A DNA stretch of 64,000 nucleotides from Schmidtea polychroa (GCA_044892525.1 CM097885.1:14014001-14078000); one strand, 5' to 3'. Counted from the stretch's first letter, positions 51,198 through 62,817 are shown. The notes: a model not told the origin generated them from the letters alone. Made by a program: numbers and translations.

Positions 51198-52583
51198 TTA
51201 AAAATCTGTTTTCTGTAGTTCATTATTATAAAATCTACCTAATATTTTTTCATTATTTAAATCAAAGATGCTATATGTTATTGGAGTTGTATAATTTATT
51301 TTATTTATAATAAAAATTTCATTTGTCCATTTTGCTGTGAATCCTTTTTCAAATTTATTTTTATATTTAAATATTCTTACTCGGTCACCAATTTTAAACT
51401 TTGGTTTTTCAATAACATCATTTTCAATATTTACCACTTTAATGGTTTCAGGCTTCATGGAAGCATTTAAAGGTGTTAATTTTATAGAACTATGTACATC
51501 ATTATTATATTCATTTACAATCTTTTGTAACAATTCATTGTTCCATTTTTGTTTTCCAATAGCAGTAAAATATTTCCACATTTTATTTTTTAATGTTCTA
51601 TTTAATCTTTCAACTACGACTGCTTTTCCTTCGTTTTCTGTTGAATATAATTTAATATCATTTTCATTTAAAAACTTTGTAAAAACTTTGTTATAAAATT
51701 CTGTTCCTTTATCACACCATAAATATTTTGGGATTCTTTGATTTTCTTCAAATATATTTTCAAATGCTTCTGTAATAGAATATCCTGTTTTATTTTCTAA
51801 ACACCTTGCAAAAGCAAATCTTGTATATAAATCTATTACAGTTAAAATTATTTTATATTTTTCAGGGTCTGATGATTTGGGCATAAAGACTAAATCTGCA
51901 GACCATGTTTGATCTTTTTCATGTACTTGAACTTTTAAATATTTTTTATTTTTTCTAAATTCATGGTGTAATTCCTTTGCATATTTTATTTCTGATTCTG
52001 TTGGGGTTTGTAAACTAGTCTTGGATATATTCTCAAGGGATCTTTCAATGTCTGCTTGTTCGATAATCTTTTTATAAGCAACATCTTTTGCTATTCTAGG
52101 AAGTCTTGCACCCATGGTGATCGGACTGTGTCCTAAGCCTATGAAAATCTTACCTTTCATTGCTAATTTAACTAGAGCTCTTTGAATCTTTTCTTGGGTT
52201 GATGGATTTTGGATACTAATTAAATCATGTATTAAATTCACATCTGCAACATGTCTATCTCTAAGATTTGTTGAATTGTATGCAATGTCATGTTTTAAAG
52301 CTGCTTGATCAATTCTATTTATTGGTTCTTCTCCTTGTTTGGGATTATTATTTTCATCTAATCTAATATCTAATCTTGTTCCTGGTCCGGTGTAGTTGTG
52401 TTTAAATAAATGTCTTTCACCTGGATATTTTTCTGTAGTAAAAGGTTTTAATATTGAAGATGTTGTTTTTGAAGATTGTAGATCGCCTCCTGTATGTTTT
52501 TTAGTTTTTAAATGACTTGCTTTATGATGTCTTGTAACTTGACAATTACAAGTTTCACATCTCCAATATTTATTTAGAGACAT
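51198..52583 (-). CDS. Zinc finger - parvovirus-type PLA2 domain - retroviral-like (rve) integrase fusion
   Basis: CETC...H....H; YTGPG...DQAALKHDIAY...AD; DDE core WSADL / WCDKGTEF / VERLNRTLK; C-terminal FKIGDRVRI...W. Confidence 0.92.
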   Translation of the reverse strand: MSLNKYWRCETCNCQVTRHHKASHLKTKKHTGGDLQSSKTTSSILKPFTTEKYPGERHLFKHNYTGPGTRLDIRLDENNNPKQGEEPINRIDQAALKHDIAYNSTNLRDRHVADVNLIHDLISIQNPSTQEKIQRALVKLAMKGKIFIGLGHSPITMGARLPRIAKDVAYKKIIEQADIERSLENISKTSLQTPTESEIKYAKELHHEFRKNKKYLKVQVHEKDQTWSADLVFMPKSSDPEKYKIILTVIDLYTRFAFARCLENKTGYSITEAFENIFEENQRIPKYLWCDKGTEFYNKVFTKFLNENDIKLYSTENEGKAVVVERLNRTLKNKMWKYFTAIGKQKWNNELLQKIVNEYNNDVHSSIKLTPLNASMKPETIKVVNIENDVIEKPKFKIGDRVRIFKYKNKFEKGFTAKWTNEIFIINKINYTTPITYSIFDLNNEKILGRFYNNELQKTDF

Positions 52584-52612
52584 TTTAAAATGTTAAAATA
52601 TCAGGGATTATA

Positions 52613-53905
52613 TTAAGAATCTCCCCTAAAATTTTCGATTATTGAAATCTTTCCACCATATAATTTCATTTCTATTTTCTTTTCTTCTAATATTAATGTA
52701 TATACTTTAGCTTTAAAATTAGAATCCTTTGTTACATGAAGTGTAACATCAACATTATTTATGGCTAATCGATCATCTTGGTCTGATACATTTATACAAA
52801 ATATAGAATATAAATTTTTGAAATCTTCTAAACTTAATTGCGGTTCAACTTTGAAATCATAACATGTTTCAATATAATTTAGATATGGGAATATGTTTTC
52901 ATTATTTTCAATATTAAATTCCATTCTATTTATTGGATAATAAGAACTATTTAATTGAATTTGTATTGTTTTTAAATTATCATCTCCAATCTTTTGAATA
53001 AATAGATTGTTATTTTTTTGGAAAGATGAATCTGTTTCTTTGAATCCAATCAAGATATATCTTGGTCGGTATGCTAAATTTGCTACCTTTATAGAATATG
53101 TTGAACCCTCTGTCATACTAAATTCACTACAGATTCTATTTAAATAATTTACATTTATAGACTTGTTGGAATTTAATCTTTCAAGGAGTTTAATCTCAGA
53201 ATGTGGGTTTAATGTCCATTCAGGTATATGTAATTCAAGTGTTGATAATTTTAATTTAGCTTTTGTATCTACAGCTCCATAGAACAATCTTTTATCACCT
53301 TCTACTCTATTACAGATGAATTCTATAAAAACATTATGAAGTATACGATTATAGTTTTGAAGGAATCCAAACAAGTGTTTTAATTCAAAATAACCTTCAA
53401 AATTTTTAGATTTATAAAGTTCAGCTCTTTTATGGTAACCATGGTTTACATCTAAACCATCTTTATCTAAATCCCCTTTATTAACATCAGGAATCCAACC
53501 TGTTAATTCACCATATTCGTTTTTATAATCACAACCAGTCAAAATAAAATTTAACATTGTAGAATATACTCCCGGATGCAAAACAGTTTCAATTTCTGAT
53601 GATCCTAGTTTTAATCTCATGTTGGAGAATAAATTTGGAAAGAAATTATTTTCTAGGGTTATATCTTTGTTTGCTTCAATTTCTAATTCGATTTTATAAT
53701 ATAATTTGGCATTACAAATATCTATTGGGTTTGATGTTTGAAGAGATTGAAAAACTATATCACCCCTACGATTTAAGTTTGCAATAGATCCTGAAGTTGG
53801 AGAGATTTTTAAAATATCATTTTTTTTAATTTCATGAGTAAATTCTTTATTATAATCAAGATTTAATTTATTTTTTTCTTGAATTTTAAGATTTATATTA
53901 TTCAT
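52613..53905 (-). CDS. Major capsid protein (double jelly roll)
   Basis: 430 aa; NNFFPNLFS, LKHLFGF, PRYILIGF, LNSSYYP, IFCINVS motifs and gene context. Confidence 0.85.
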   Translation of the reverse strand: MNNINLKIQEKNKLNLDYNKEFTHEIKKNDILKISPTSGSIANLNRRGDIVFQSLQTSNPIDICNAKLYYKIELEIEANKDITLENNFFPNLFSNMRLKLGSSEIETVLHPGVYSTMLNFILTGCDYKNEYGELTGWIPDVNKGDLDKDGLDVNHGYHKRAELYKSKNFEGYFELKHLFGFLQNYNRILHNVFIEFICNRVEGDKRLFYGAVDTKAKLKLSTLELHIPEWTLNPHSEIKLLERLNSNKSINVNYLNRICSEFSMTEGSTYSIKVANLAYRPRYILIGFKETDSSFQKNNNLFIQKIGDDNLKTIQIQLNSSYYPINRMEFNIENNENIFPYLNYIETCYDFKVEPQLSLEDFKNLYSIFCINVSDQDDRLAINNVDVTLHVTKDSNFKAKVYTLILEEKKIEMKLYGGKISIIENFRGDS

Positions 53906-53961
53906 TTTTATATATTAAAATTTACACACACAAAATAGGATTAATTAAATATATTATGTAA

Positions 53962-54043
53962 GCCATTATAGCGGAGTGGGAATAGGCTTCAATTTTATCA
54001 CCGGGAGTACCGGGTTCAATTTTCGATTTTGGTCAATTTTTTT
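53962..54043 (+). ncRNA. tRNA-like Pol III unit 1
   Basis: A-box TAGCGGAGTGG (53969), partial B-box GGTTCAATT (54013), T7 terminator. Confidence 0.5.
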
Positions 54044-54205
54044 CGATATTTTTTTTTCAACGGAATCTGATTTAGCGTACTGATTTTAGTATATATTTAA
54101 ATTTTCAGATGGATCTGAGTGGTAGTTGTCGAGAAAATGAATAATTAATTATTAATTTCATCAATAAATAGTCACACATTAACAACTTATTTTGTATTGA
54201 GTATA

Positions 54206-54286
54206 GCTCTAATAGCTTAGTGGTAATAGCACTCGACTGCATTGCCAATACCAATGGGTTCAAATCCCATTTCGGTCATTTTTTTT
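54206..54286 (+). ncRNA. tRNA-like Pol III unit 2
   Basis: A-box TAGCTTAGTGG (54213), B-box GGTTCAAATCC (54257) in a perfect T-arm ATGGG-TTCAAAT-CCCAT, T8 terminator. Confidence 0.65.
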
Positions 54287-54443
54287 CAAATTTTTTTTTA
54301 ACGAAATATTGATCAGCATACTCGATTTAGTACTTGTACAAATTTTTAAGGAGATTGGTCAACGGCAACTCTTGGAAATTTAAGATCAAAAACGTTTTAA
54401 CTACCAAAAATTAATATATCCAATAAAAAAAATATTTATAAAA

Positions 54444-54740
54444 ATGGATGAGTTAAAAGAAAGAATGAGAAATGAATTGAATGAAGTTAAACATAAGAGA
54501 ATGAAAAGAAGAGAAGAAGAACCATTAGAATACATCAAAGAGTTGATGGTAGATAATGAAAAGTCTCGACATTTTTATATGAAGGCTGTAGATGTTGCTG
54601 ATATAAGATTGAAGAAAATGAAACAATTACAGGAAAGAGTTAAAGAACTTGAATCGATTATTTATAGTCTAAAAAATGACAAAAATTCAAACCTTGATGG
54701 CGCAGTGGGAATAGACTGGCACAGTGGTTCAAATGGATAG
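54444..54740 (+). CDS. Small coiled-coil protein
   Basis: 98-aa charged helical ORF with TATAAAAATG context. Confidence 0.6.
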   Translation: MDELKERMRNELNEVKHKRMKRREEEPLEYIKELMVDNEKSRHFYMKAVDVADIRLKKMKQLQERVKELESIIYSLKNDKNSNLDGAVGIDWHSGSNG

Positions 54741-54773
54741 TGGTTCAAATCACATCTGAGGTTAGTTTTTTTT
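54691..54773 (+). ncRNA. tRNA-like Pol III unit 3
   Basis: A-box TGGCGCAGTGG (54698), B-box GGTTCAAATC (54742), terminal stem AACCTTG/TGAGGTT, T8 terminator. Confidence 0.55.
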
Positions 54774-55378
54774 CAACATAAAATAATATTAAAAATTTGA
54801 AAATAATATTGAAAATAGTGTGGGTATCTTATATTTATAAAGTACTTGTATATTTTATTTTATTTTATTTTATTTATTTTATTTATTTTATTTATTTTAT
54901 TTATTTTATTTATTATTTTATTTTTTAAACATAAATATGAAAAAAAAAATATTGAAACGGGTGATGGCCCCGAACCGGTAATTATCGCCACCTTTCTTTC
55001 GAACACCCCCGGATCGATTCCGGTAATGTGCACATTTTTTTCTCAGTTGTTTTCGGACCTCTTTCGGATTCGCTTTCGAATTCATTTGTACTTTCGAGCA
55101 GCACACTTAAAACGCCGATGAAATCGTATTCGAGCGAGAAGCGAATAATAAGGTGTGCTGCTATTATCGAATTGATTCTGATGTATGAGTCTGGCCAGCT
55201 TGTATATTGGAAGAGATTTGATAAACGAAAGAGGTTGAATAAAAAAAAATGATCCGGATCAAAAAAAAACTGTTGAGAGGACAGTGAAAAAAAAAAAAAA
55301 AAAAAAAACCACTGTCCTCTCAGAGCAGTTTTACTATTTCATAAAATTTTTTATTTTTAAAACTTTCAAAACCTTAAG

Positions 55379-55710
55379 GTGATCAGGCGACCTAGATCAT
55401 TATGAATTAGGTAATCTGATATTCTTATAACATTAAATCCTTATAACATTAAATCCTTAAGACCAAGTAGTGAGGAATCTATGCACCCCGTTACCTTTTC
55501 TCGGAATTACTAATCTATAAATACAACTATTCCGAACTTTTTTACTTTTAAGGGAAGAAATTAAGGGTTAATGGCAATAGGGGACAAAGTTTAAAAGTTA
55601 AAAAAAGTGAAGAATATGGGGTTAAAAAGCATATAAATGTGGAAAATATGGGTCAATAGCGCTGTTTTTTTGAGGGTGGGGGTGCTGGGGTGCATAGATT
55701 CCTCACTACT
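55379..55710 (-). repeat. Polinton right TIR
   Basis: Inverted copy of 40861-41194. Confidence 0.95.
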
Positions 55711-56821
55711 AATGGGGAATTCAGAAAACAATTATCAAAACAGCCGGATAAACGAGGGTAAAAAAAGAAGGGGAATTAGGAAGAGGGTCAACAGAAATAG
55801 ATAATTAGGGAATGATAACTAAGGAAGTCAAAACCAATTAGGTCAAAAATAGGGCAATTACAACGATTATGGGAGTATATAAGGAAACTCCATATTCACA
55901 TAATCGGCGATAGCCTTAGGTAAGAAAGAAGAAAACGACATTAGGAGTTAGAAGAATAGAATAAAAGAAGAAAAAGAATTATAGGAAAACTGAAGAGTTA
56001 GACAAGGAGTGTCAAAAGAGATTGGATCAGACAACGGAACTAAATCAAAAGGTGAAACTTAATTTTTTAATCGTACAAGGTTGAGACCTTCCAGAGAGGA
56101 GTCCGATCTGAAATTGTGTGAGATTGCGGTTAACCAACAGTGTAAATAATTTTTGAGAGTTGTAAATTTTTATAAAACAAATATACGTTGGGAGTTTGTG
56201 TTTATTGATTTTGGAACACGTGGAGTCAGAGTAACCAACGGTTCATTTTGATATCATAAAACCCAACAATTCAATTCTACTGATAAATTAATCAGTAGAT
56301 AATTCTTTTCACATTTTGATTTCGATATATAAATGAATTTTATCACTGAATATTTTATATTTATATTTAATTTTCAAAATTTTATGACAGGATAAAAGAA
56401 TTGATTACCTCAAGAATATGATGATGAGATGGAGGGTGGCCCTTGCTAGTAAAATCAAATATAATTCAACTTCATGATAATCGCAGTTGAGATTATCAAA
56501 ATTGTCCCCTAATCAGTAGGATTGATAATATTTATGATTATAATTTTATATGTTATGAGAGAAATTATATTAATGAATGCAAATATGTAAAATTATGTAA
56601 GAAAGAAAATTTTCAAAAATCGCTGGAAAGTTGGAATCGAAACACTTCGGTGTCAACAACCTACAGGTTTGAAGCCTGCACCCCGGACCGCCGAGGCTCA
56701 TCCCAGCAATTATACATTTCTAATTTTCTTATAAATAGATTATATACACTTTACATTTTATTTATAATTATTATTGCAGCAAATTATTTATCGTAAATTA
56801 ATTAAATTCCAGTACAAAGTT

Positions 56822-57247
56822 CAGTGCTCGAAGTGAGGCGGGAAAGTCGGGATATTATCCCGGCATTGATTATGTAGGCGGAATTGCATCCCGGCACTTC
56901 ATTTCATATAATCTATAGGTTTATCCCGGTACTTATTTCATTTTATAGGCACACAGATACTGCAATTAAGGTCACACATAGTACATCCATATATGTATGT
57001 ATGTATATATTCTTTATTCTCTATTCTCTATTCAATTAAGAATTTCCCAAGCAGCAGTAATGGATAGGTAGGTATATTCTGAAACTTATGATTAAATGGG
57101 TGGACACCCCCCCCCCAAAAAAAATTTGTTGGACACCCCCAAATGTTTTGCAACACCCCCAACTGAAAATTTCTGCATAAAAGCCTGGAATCCCGGGTGC
57201 CACAGCATGCCTATCCCGGCACATATTTTGTTCCACTTCGAGCACTG
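56822..57247. mobile_element. hAT-type MITE
   Basis: Perfect 14-bp TIR CAGTGCTCGAAGTG, exact 8-bp TSD ACAAAGTT; absent in the paralogous segments. Confidence 0.92.
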
Positions 57248-57499
57248 ACAAAGTTGATGTTATCGATATCTCTAGCAAATATATTAATAATTTTATCTTC
57301 TTCTTCTGAAAAATATCTCCATTAATATCAAGGAGTATTTCTTACTATATATTATCTTGTTCCAGGATATGTTTGAAATGGAGGAATGCTATAAACAATT
57401 TAATTTAATTTAAAATAAAACGACTAAATCAAGAAGTACTCGAGTATGTGGCGCTTCCAGTTCAGGAGTATTTCTTACTATATATAAGCTCTTAACTAT

Positions 57500-60400
57500 T
57501 GTTGAAGTTGGTAAGGAAACCAAAAAGAATGTATATATAAAAGAAAGGCATAACAAATATTAGTAAAATCAATAAAAGTGCAAATTATTTAAAACTTACT
57601 AAAAATCAAAAATAAATATTGAATGGGAGTATCGTATATTTTTGAACGCCAAATTGATAGACGAGTTCAGAAATTATAATGAAAATTTAATGAGGGATTC
57701 ACAGAGAAAGTTAATGTGAAAAAACAAATTAATTAAAATTAATTAATCTGTAATGGGAAGCCCGAGCCAATGGGAAGCCCGAGCCAATGGGAAGCCCGAG
57801 CCAATGGGAAGCCCGAGCCATTTGGAATCCAGAGCTCGTGGGAAACCCGGAGCGCAGTGAAATCCGATCGATAAGATATGAGAGCGAACATTCCGAATGC
57901 CAATTTAGAACAAATAAATTAAAATAATTTGGAAACCTTCAAATTTTTACTTAGGATTCATGGGAGATAATTAATTGCAATTCTGTAGATAATTGCCCTC
58001 TCAGAAACAATATAAAAAGATAGCTCAGAAACAGACAAGCTGCCAGTTGGTCGAAGAAACAAATTGAAGCTCAGTGAATCAGGCGATCAGAGATCAGAGA
58101 ACGAAATATCGTAATTGGAAAAAAAAGTTTAATCCTCGAACTAGAAAAGAGGATTGCCCCTCTGGTTATCTACCCTAACGAGTAATATTTATATTGAGCG
58201 AAAGGTGCAAATATAGTAACAAATTGTAATTTGATTGAAATTGAATAAATTTATTCTGTGCTGGGTTTCGATTTTTTTATTTAAATAAGAACACGAAAAG
58301 TCAGAGGGAACCTACATGAAAAATAAAATCCAACATTTTGGTGAGGGTGACGTGATGCAAGTCGGCTGTGAATATTGCGGGAAAAAATAAAAAGAGAAAA
58401 GTAAAATCGATTGAGAGTTGAATATTATTGACGTGAAGAAGGTCGGAGAGGGAAAACTAAAATTAATTGAAAGTTGAAAATTATTGTCGAGGTACAAAGT
58501 TGGAGATAAAGTTGTTAAAAAGAAATTAAATTGAAAAAGTAGAAAAGAAATAAATTGTTGTGGTTCAAATAAAAGAGAAGTAAAAAAATAAAAATTTAAA
58601 TAGTACTAATTGAATAAAAATATTTTTGTCAAATATTTGGAATATTGAAATAAGGGAAAGTGAAAATAAATTGTTGTAGTTAAAAGATAAGAAAGTGAAT
58701 AAATTGTGCATTTGAAATAAAAGCGTAAATTTACTGAGATTTAGAAGCTATTGAAATAAAGTTGTGAGAAATTACGAGAGAATTTATAAAGACAATTATT
58801 GAAGATCAATTCAAAATTCAAACAAAAGGTAAAGTTAAAAATTGTAAAGTTTTAAAATTATACAATCTGAGAAGTAAAAACAATTGGAAAGTATGGTGTC
58901 GAGTAACTCAAATGTCAAAGAGCAAAATTCAGTGTCTACTACTCCAGCGAACAATGGAAACGACTATGCCAGTTGTTAAAAATTACCCATCGATCAGTAC
59001 GGAGGAGATCCAGTCGAATATTTTGATTTCATGATAGATTATTACATGTATGTTACAGCCTATGGATGTAGCCAAGCAACTATGGTTCAACGGCTATCAT
59101 TAGATCTAAAAAGAGCAGCACAAGAGGTCTGGAAACAGATTGATAAACGACCCATAGCAAATGATTGGACAAGATTAAAATATGCGCTTGCAGCCAAGTT
59201 GATCGGAGAAGATATAAAGAGAATGATGCGTCAGAAGGTTTACAGTCCAGTGCAAAAGCCAGATGAATCGATAAGTAAGTTTGCATGTCATTTAACTACT
59301 CTTGCAGAGAAAGCATTTGAACTGAAACCAGATCACGAAGAAGTGGCAAAGCAAGTTAAAGAATTATTGCAGGATCAATTTTTGACAGGAGTCAAAAAAG
59401 AAATAAAAAGGGCTTTATGTTTTGATAACTTTACAAGTTTTTATGACTTAATTAAAAAGGCCATGAGAATCGAAATGAACCTCAAAACGACTCAGTCAAA
59501 AGCAGAATCCTTTGCGACTATCAGTGAGCCAAGAGATAGATCAATAGCCCTAGTCAGTGATAACTTACTCTAAAGGCCAACCAGCCCATTTCCCAAGTTC
59601 AGAGTGAAATTTGAACCAAGAAAGCCAACAGCCCGTCCAAATGAGGAAAGACAAAGACCACTTCGATGTAGTCATTGCTAGAAAATGGTCTATAATGTAA
59701 ATCAATACTGGTTTAAAATAATATTCGAATGAGCCCTAGCCAAGTTCAGTGTGATTATTGTCGAAGAAAAGGATATAACAATAATCAATGTTGGTTCAAA
59801 AATAACGAGCAGCGTAGTCCAAAAGGAATGTTTCCAGAATGGGTGAAATGTAATGGAGAGAAAAGTGTTAACAGAACGAATATCCGTAACCAAAGAACCA
59901 ATGATAATATACAATGCAATAATTGTGGAAGGAAAGGTCATGTCTCTCGAAATTGTTTTGCAAGATTCAGATCTCAGTCAACATCACTATCACCACAGAG
60001 AGATAGACTAATTTACAAGGCCAAATTCATTGTAACTTCAATGTAGTCATTGGCAAAAATTGTCCATTAGGTAGTGTGTCGGTTCTAGGAATTTTCTGTG
60101 TGTAGGCGAGTTGCAAATTTGCCGCCGCAAAAATAAAAAATGTTGTAATTTTTAAATTGAAAAAAATAGAAAAACACTGAATATCTGAACTTAATACATA
60201 TATTTGTATTTTAATACGAAAAATTAAACAAAATCCAGTTTATAAAAAATAACAAATAACAAAACAAATAATAATTAAAAGTGAATTTTTCTCGCTTTTA
60301 ATTCTCCAAAATCCTTAACCAAATCTTCTATGTCTAATTGATCAGCAATTTCTTTTTCTATGGAAATCGTGGCTAGACCAACTAAACGATCTTTACACAA

Positions 60401-60890
60401 TAGTGATCTCAGATAAGATTTTATTATTTTCTGCTTTGTAAAATTTCTTTCAGCAAATTATATTTTTCTTGTTGGAATTGACAAAAAAAATTAGAAAATG
60501 CCGCATTCGAAAAGTGCGCCGTCGGCGGTCGCCGATGTTGCCAACGCTTAAAACCGGGCCTGATCATGTAAACCAATACTGGTTTAAAAATAATATTTGA
60601 AGGAGTCCTAGCCCAGTTCAGTGTGATTATTGTCAAAGAGAAGGATATATCAATAGTCAATGTTGGTTCAAAAATAACGAGTGGCGTAGTCTAAAAGGAA
60701 TGAGTGAAAAGTAATGGCGAGAAAAGTTTTAACAGAACGAATATCAGTAACCAGAGAACCAATGATAATATACAATCACCGCAGAGAGACAGTGTTAATT
60801 TACAAGGCCAAATTCAATATCACTCCTGTAGAGACTATGAAGATATGGATAAATCATGCCAAAGAAGTAGTAATAAATTTCAAAGGCCGA
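57500..60890 (+). mobile_element. Truncated Gypsy element C: 5' LTR 57500-58335, PBS and gag
   Basis: TGTTG...CAACA, PBS TGGTGAGGGTGACGTG, gag ~58967-59573 and several CCHC knuckles (CNNCGRKGHVSRNC). Confidence 0.8.
60073..60562 (-). mobile_element. Deleted hAT element inserted in gag
   Basis: The minus strand encodes a hAT dimerisation tail YLRSLLCKDRLVGLATISIEKE; ends in ACCGGGCCTG. Confidence 0.65.
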
Positions 60891-62188
60891 TTAAAATAAT
60901 TTGCAGCAATAATAATTATAAATAAAATGTAAATATATATAATATATTTAAAAGAGAATTAGAAATTTATAATTGCTGGGATGAGCCTCGGCGGTCCGGG
61001 GTGCAGGCTTCAAACCTGTAGTCGGTTGACACCGAAGTGGTTCGATTCCACCTTTCCAGCGATTTTTGAAAATTTTCTCTTTTACTCAATTTTACATATT
61101 TGCATTCCATTAATATAATTTCTCTCATAATATAAAATTATAATCATAAATATTATCAATCCTACTGATTAGGGGATAATTTTGATAATCTACACTCCAA
61201 TTATCATGAAGTTGAATTACTATTGCTTTTACTTGCAAGGGCCACCCTTTATCTCATCATCATATTCTTTAGGTAATCAACTCTTTTATTTCTGTCATAA
61301 AATTTTGAAAATTAAATATAAATATAAATTATTCAGTGATAAAATTCATTTATATATCGAAATCAAAATGTGAAAATAATTAACTACTGATTAATTTATT
61401 AGTAGAATTGAATTATTCAATAAAATTAAGTTTTTACTTTATTAATTAATAATGAATTATGTCATTTTATCACAATATTATAAAAAGTTATAAATAAAAT
61501 AATAAATTAGTTTGTATAGTTTTCTGATTCCGCATAACAATACTGTGCATAAAATTCTAATGCAAATTAATTATACAAAAATGCAGTGGCGTAGCTAGAA
61601 TATGTGCCACCTGGGGCGATCCTTAACTTTGCCTCCTGTCCCCATATAATTATCTAACACAAGTCTGATCTAACTAAGAATGTGTAATAAATATATTTTT
61701 ATCCTTTATGTAAAATATTTATTTTCTCATTTAAACATTATGTTGTAATAAAATATGTTATAAAATAATGCATGGTCAATTTATTGAGTATAGGACAATA
61801 TCCCCTCGGACAATATCCTCCTAGACAAATACCCCCCACTCTTGTTAATAATGCATATAATTTAGTATGAATATAATAATAAAGACATTGCAGTTTATTA
61901 ACTAGTAATTATAAATTAATTAATTGCCCGGGGATATTGTCCGAGGGTATATTATCCAGGATGATATTGTTATGGGGATATTGTCCTTATACCCAATTTA
62001 TTACAATAATTATGCTTGATGAATAAAATTGTGATAATATTAATTGACAAATTCGCATCGTTCTGAATTTTATTTAAATAATCTTTACAAATATAATTCT
62101 AAAATACAAAATCAAAATAAAAAAACAGAAAAATAATTTTATTGAAAATATGTCTCGCAATCTCCCTTCAGAAAACCTTTCCAACAAT

Positions 62189-62817
62189 CTACTGAAATGA
62201 TTTACAACTCTTCAAGTATTCTGATGATAATTTCCCTGCTGTTTCCAATGCCTCGTACAGTCCATCACCGGAAACTGCACAACATGCCTGCAGGTGCCAT
62301 TTGTGAGTGCGCTCCAGTTTCGATAATTCTAACCCTTCCACAATTCTACTTGGTGACATGGCATTTGGTAAATCTTGTTTGTTTGCAATCACCACTATTG
62401 GAATCTGAATCAATGTTAAACATTTCAATTTCCTATGAAATCTAGATTTACATTTCTCATCTCGTCACATTCAGCAATCGTAAATAATTCATCTCTTGAT
62501 TCCTTCAACCTTTCCACATCATTGCTGTCCACTACATAAATCAATCCATGACAATTCGTATAGTAATGTCTCCATAACTGTCGAATCTTTTCTTGACCTC
62601 CCACATCCCAAATTGTGAATTTCAAACCTTTCCCAATTGAAACTTCCTCCACATTGAATCCGATTGTTGGAATCGTTGTCACAGTTTCATTGAGTTTCAA
62701 TTTGTACAGAATTGTGGTTTTACCAGCAGCATCCAGTCCCAACATTAGGATTCTCCGAGGATCAGATTGAGACAACTCGTTTAGCAATTTGTATAATCTA
62801 CTCAAAAGTATTCCCAT
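62189..62817 (-). CDS. ARF/ARL-family small GTPase, intact copy 3 (193 aa; exons 62817-62452 and 62404-62189)
   Basis: MG myristoylation start, [28 protein letters not shown]; 47-bp GT-AG intron; no premature stop. Confidence 0.93.

Larger units (their letters stand above)
40861..55710. mobile_element. Complete Polinton/Maverick (adintovirus-like endogenous virus), 14850 bp
   Basis: AGTAGT...ACTACT termini, ~333-bp TIRs, exact 6-bp TSD AATGGG, and pPolB, integrase, ATPase, protease, MCP and penton genes. Confidence 0.97.
40450..56268. mobile_element. Solo LTR split by the Polinton (40450-40860 and 55711-56268)
   Basis: TGTTG...CAACA, 4-bp TSD ATTC; shares the GGGAAACCCGAGC repeat motif and end motifs with the other solo LTRs. 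Confidence 0.85.

Noticed and set aside
54206..54286. Canonical tRNA-Cys (GCA at the anticodon-loop position)
   Set aside because: The anticodon and acceptor stems do not pair, so it is kept only as a tRNA-like Pol III unit.
55095..55200. Hammerhead ribozyme in the multi-way junction
   Set aside because: No CUGANGA...GAAA core in the right arrangement on either strand.
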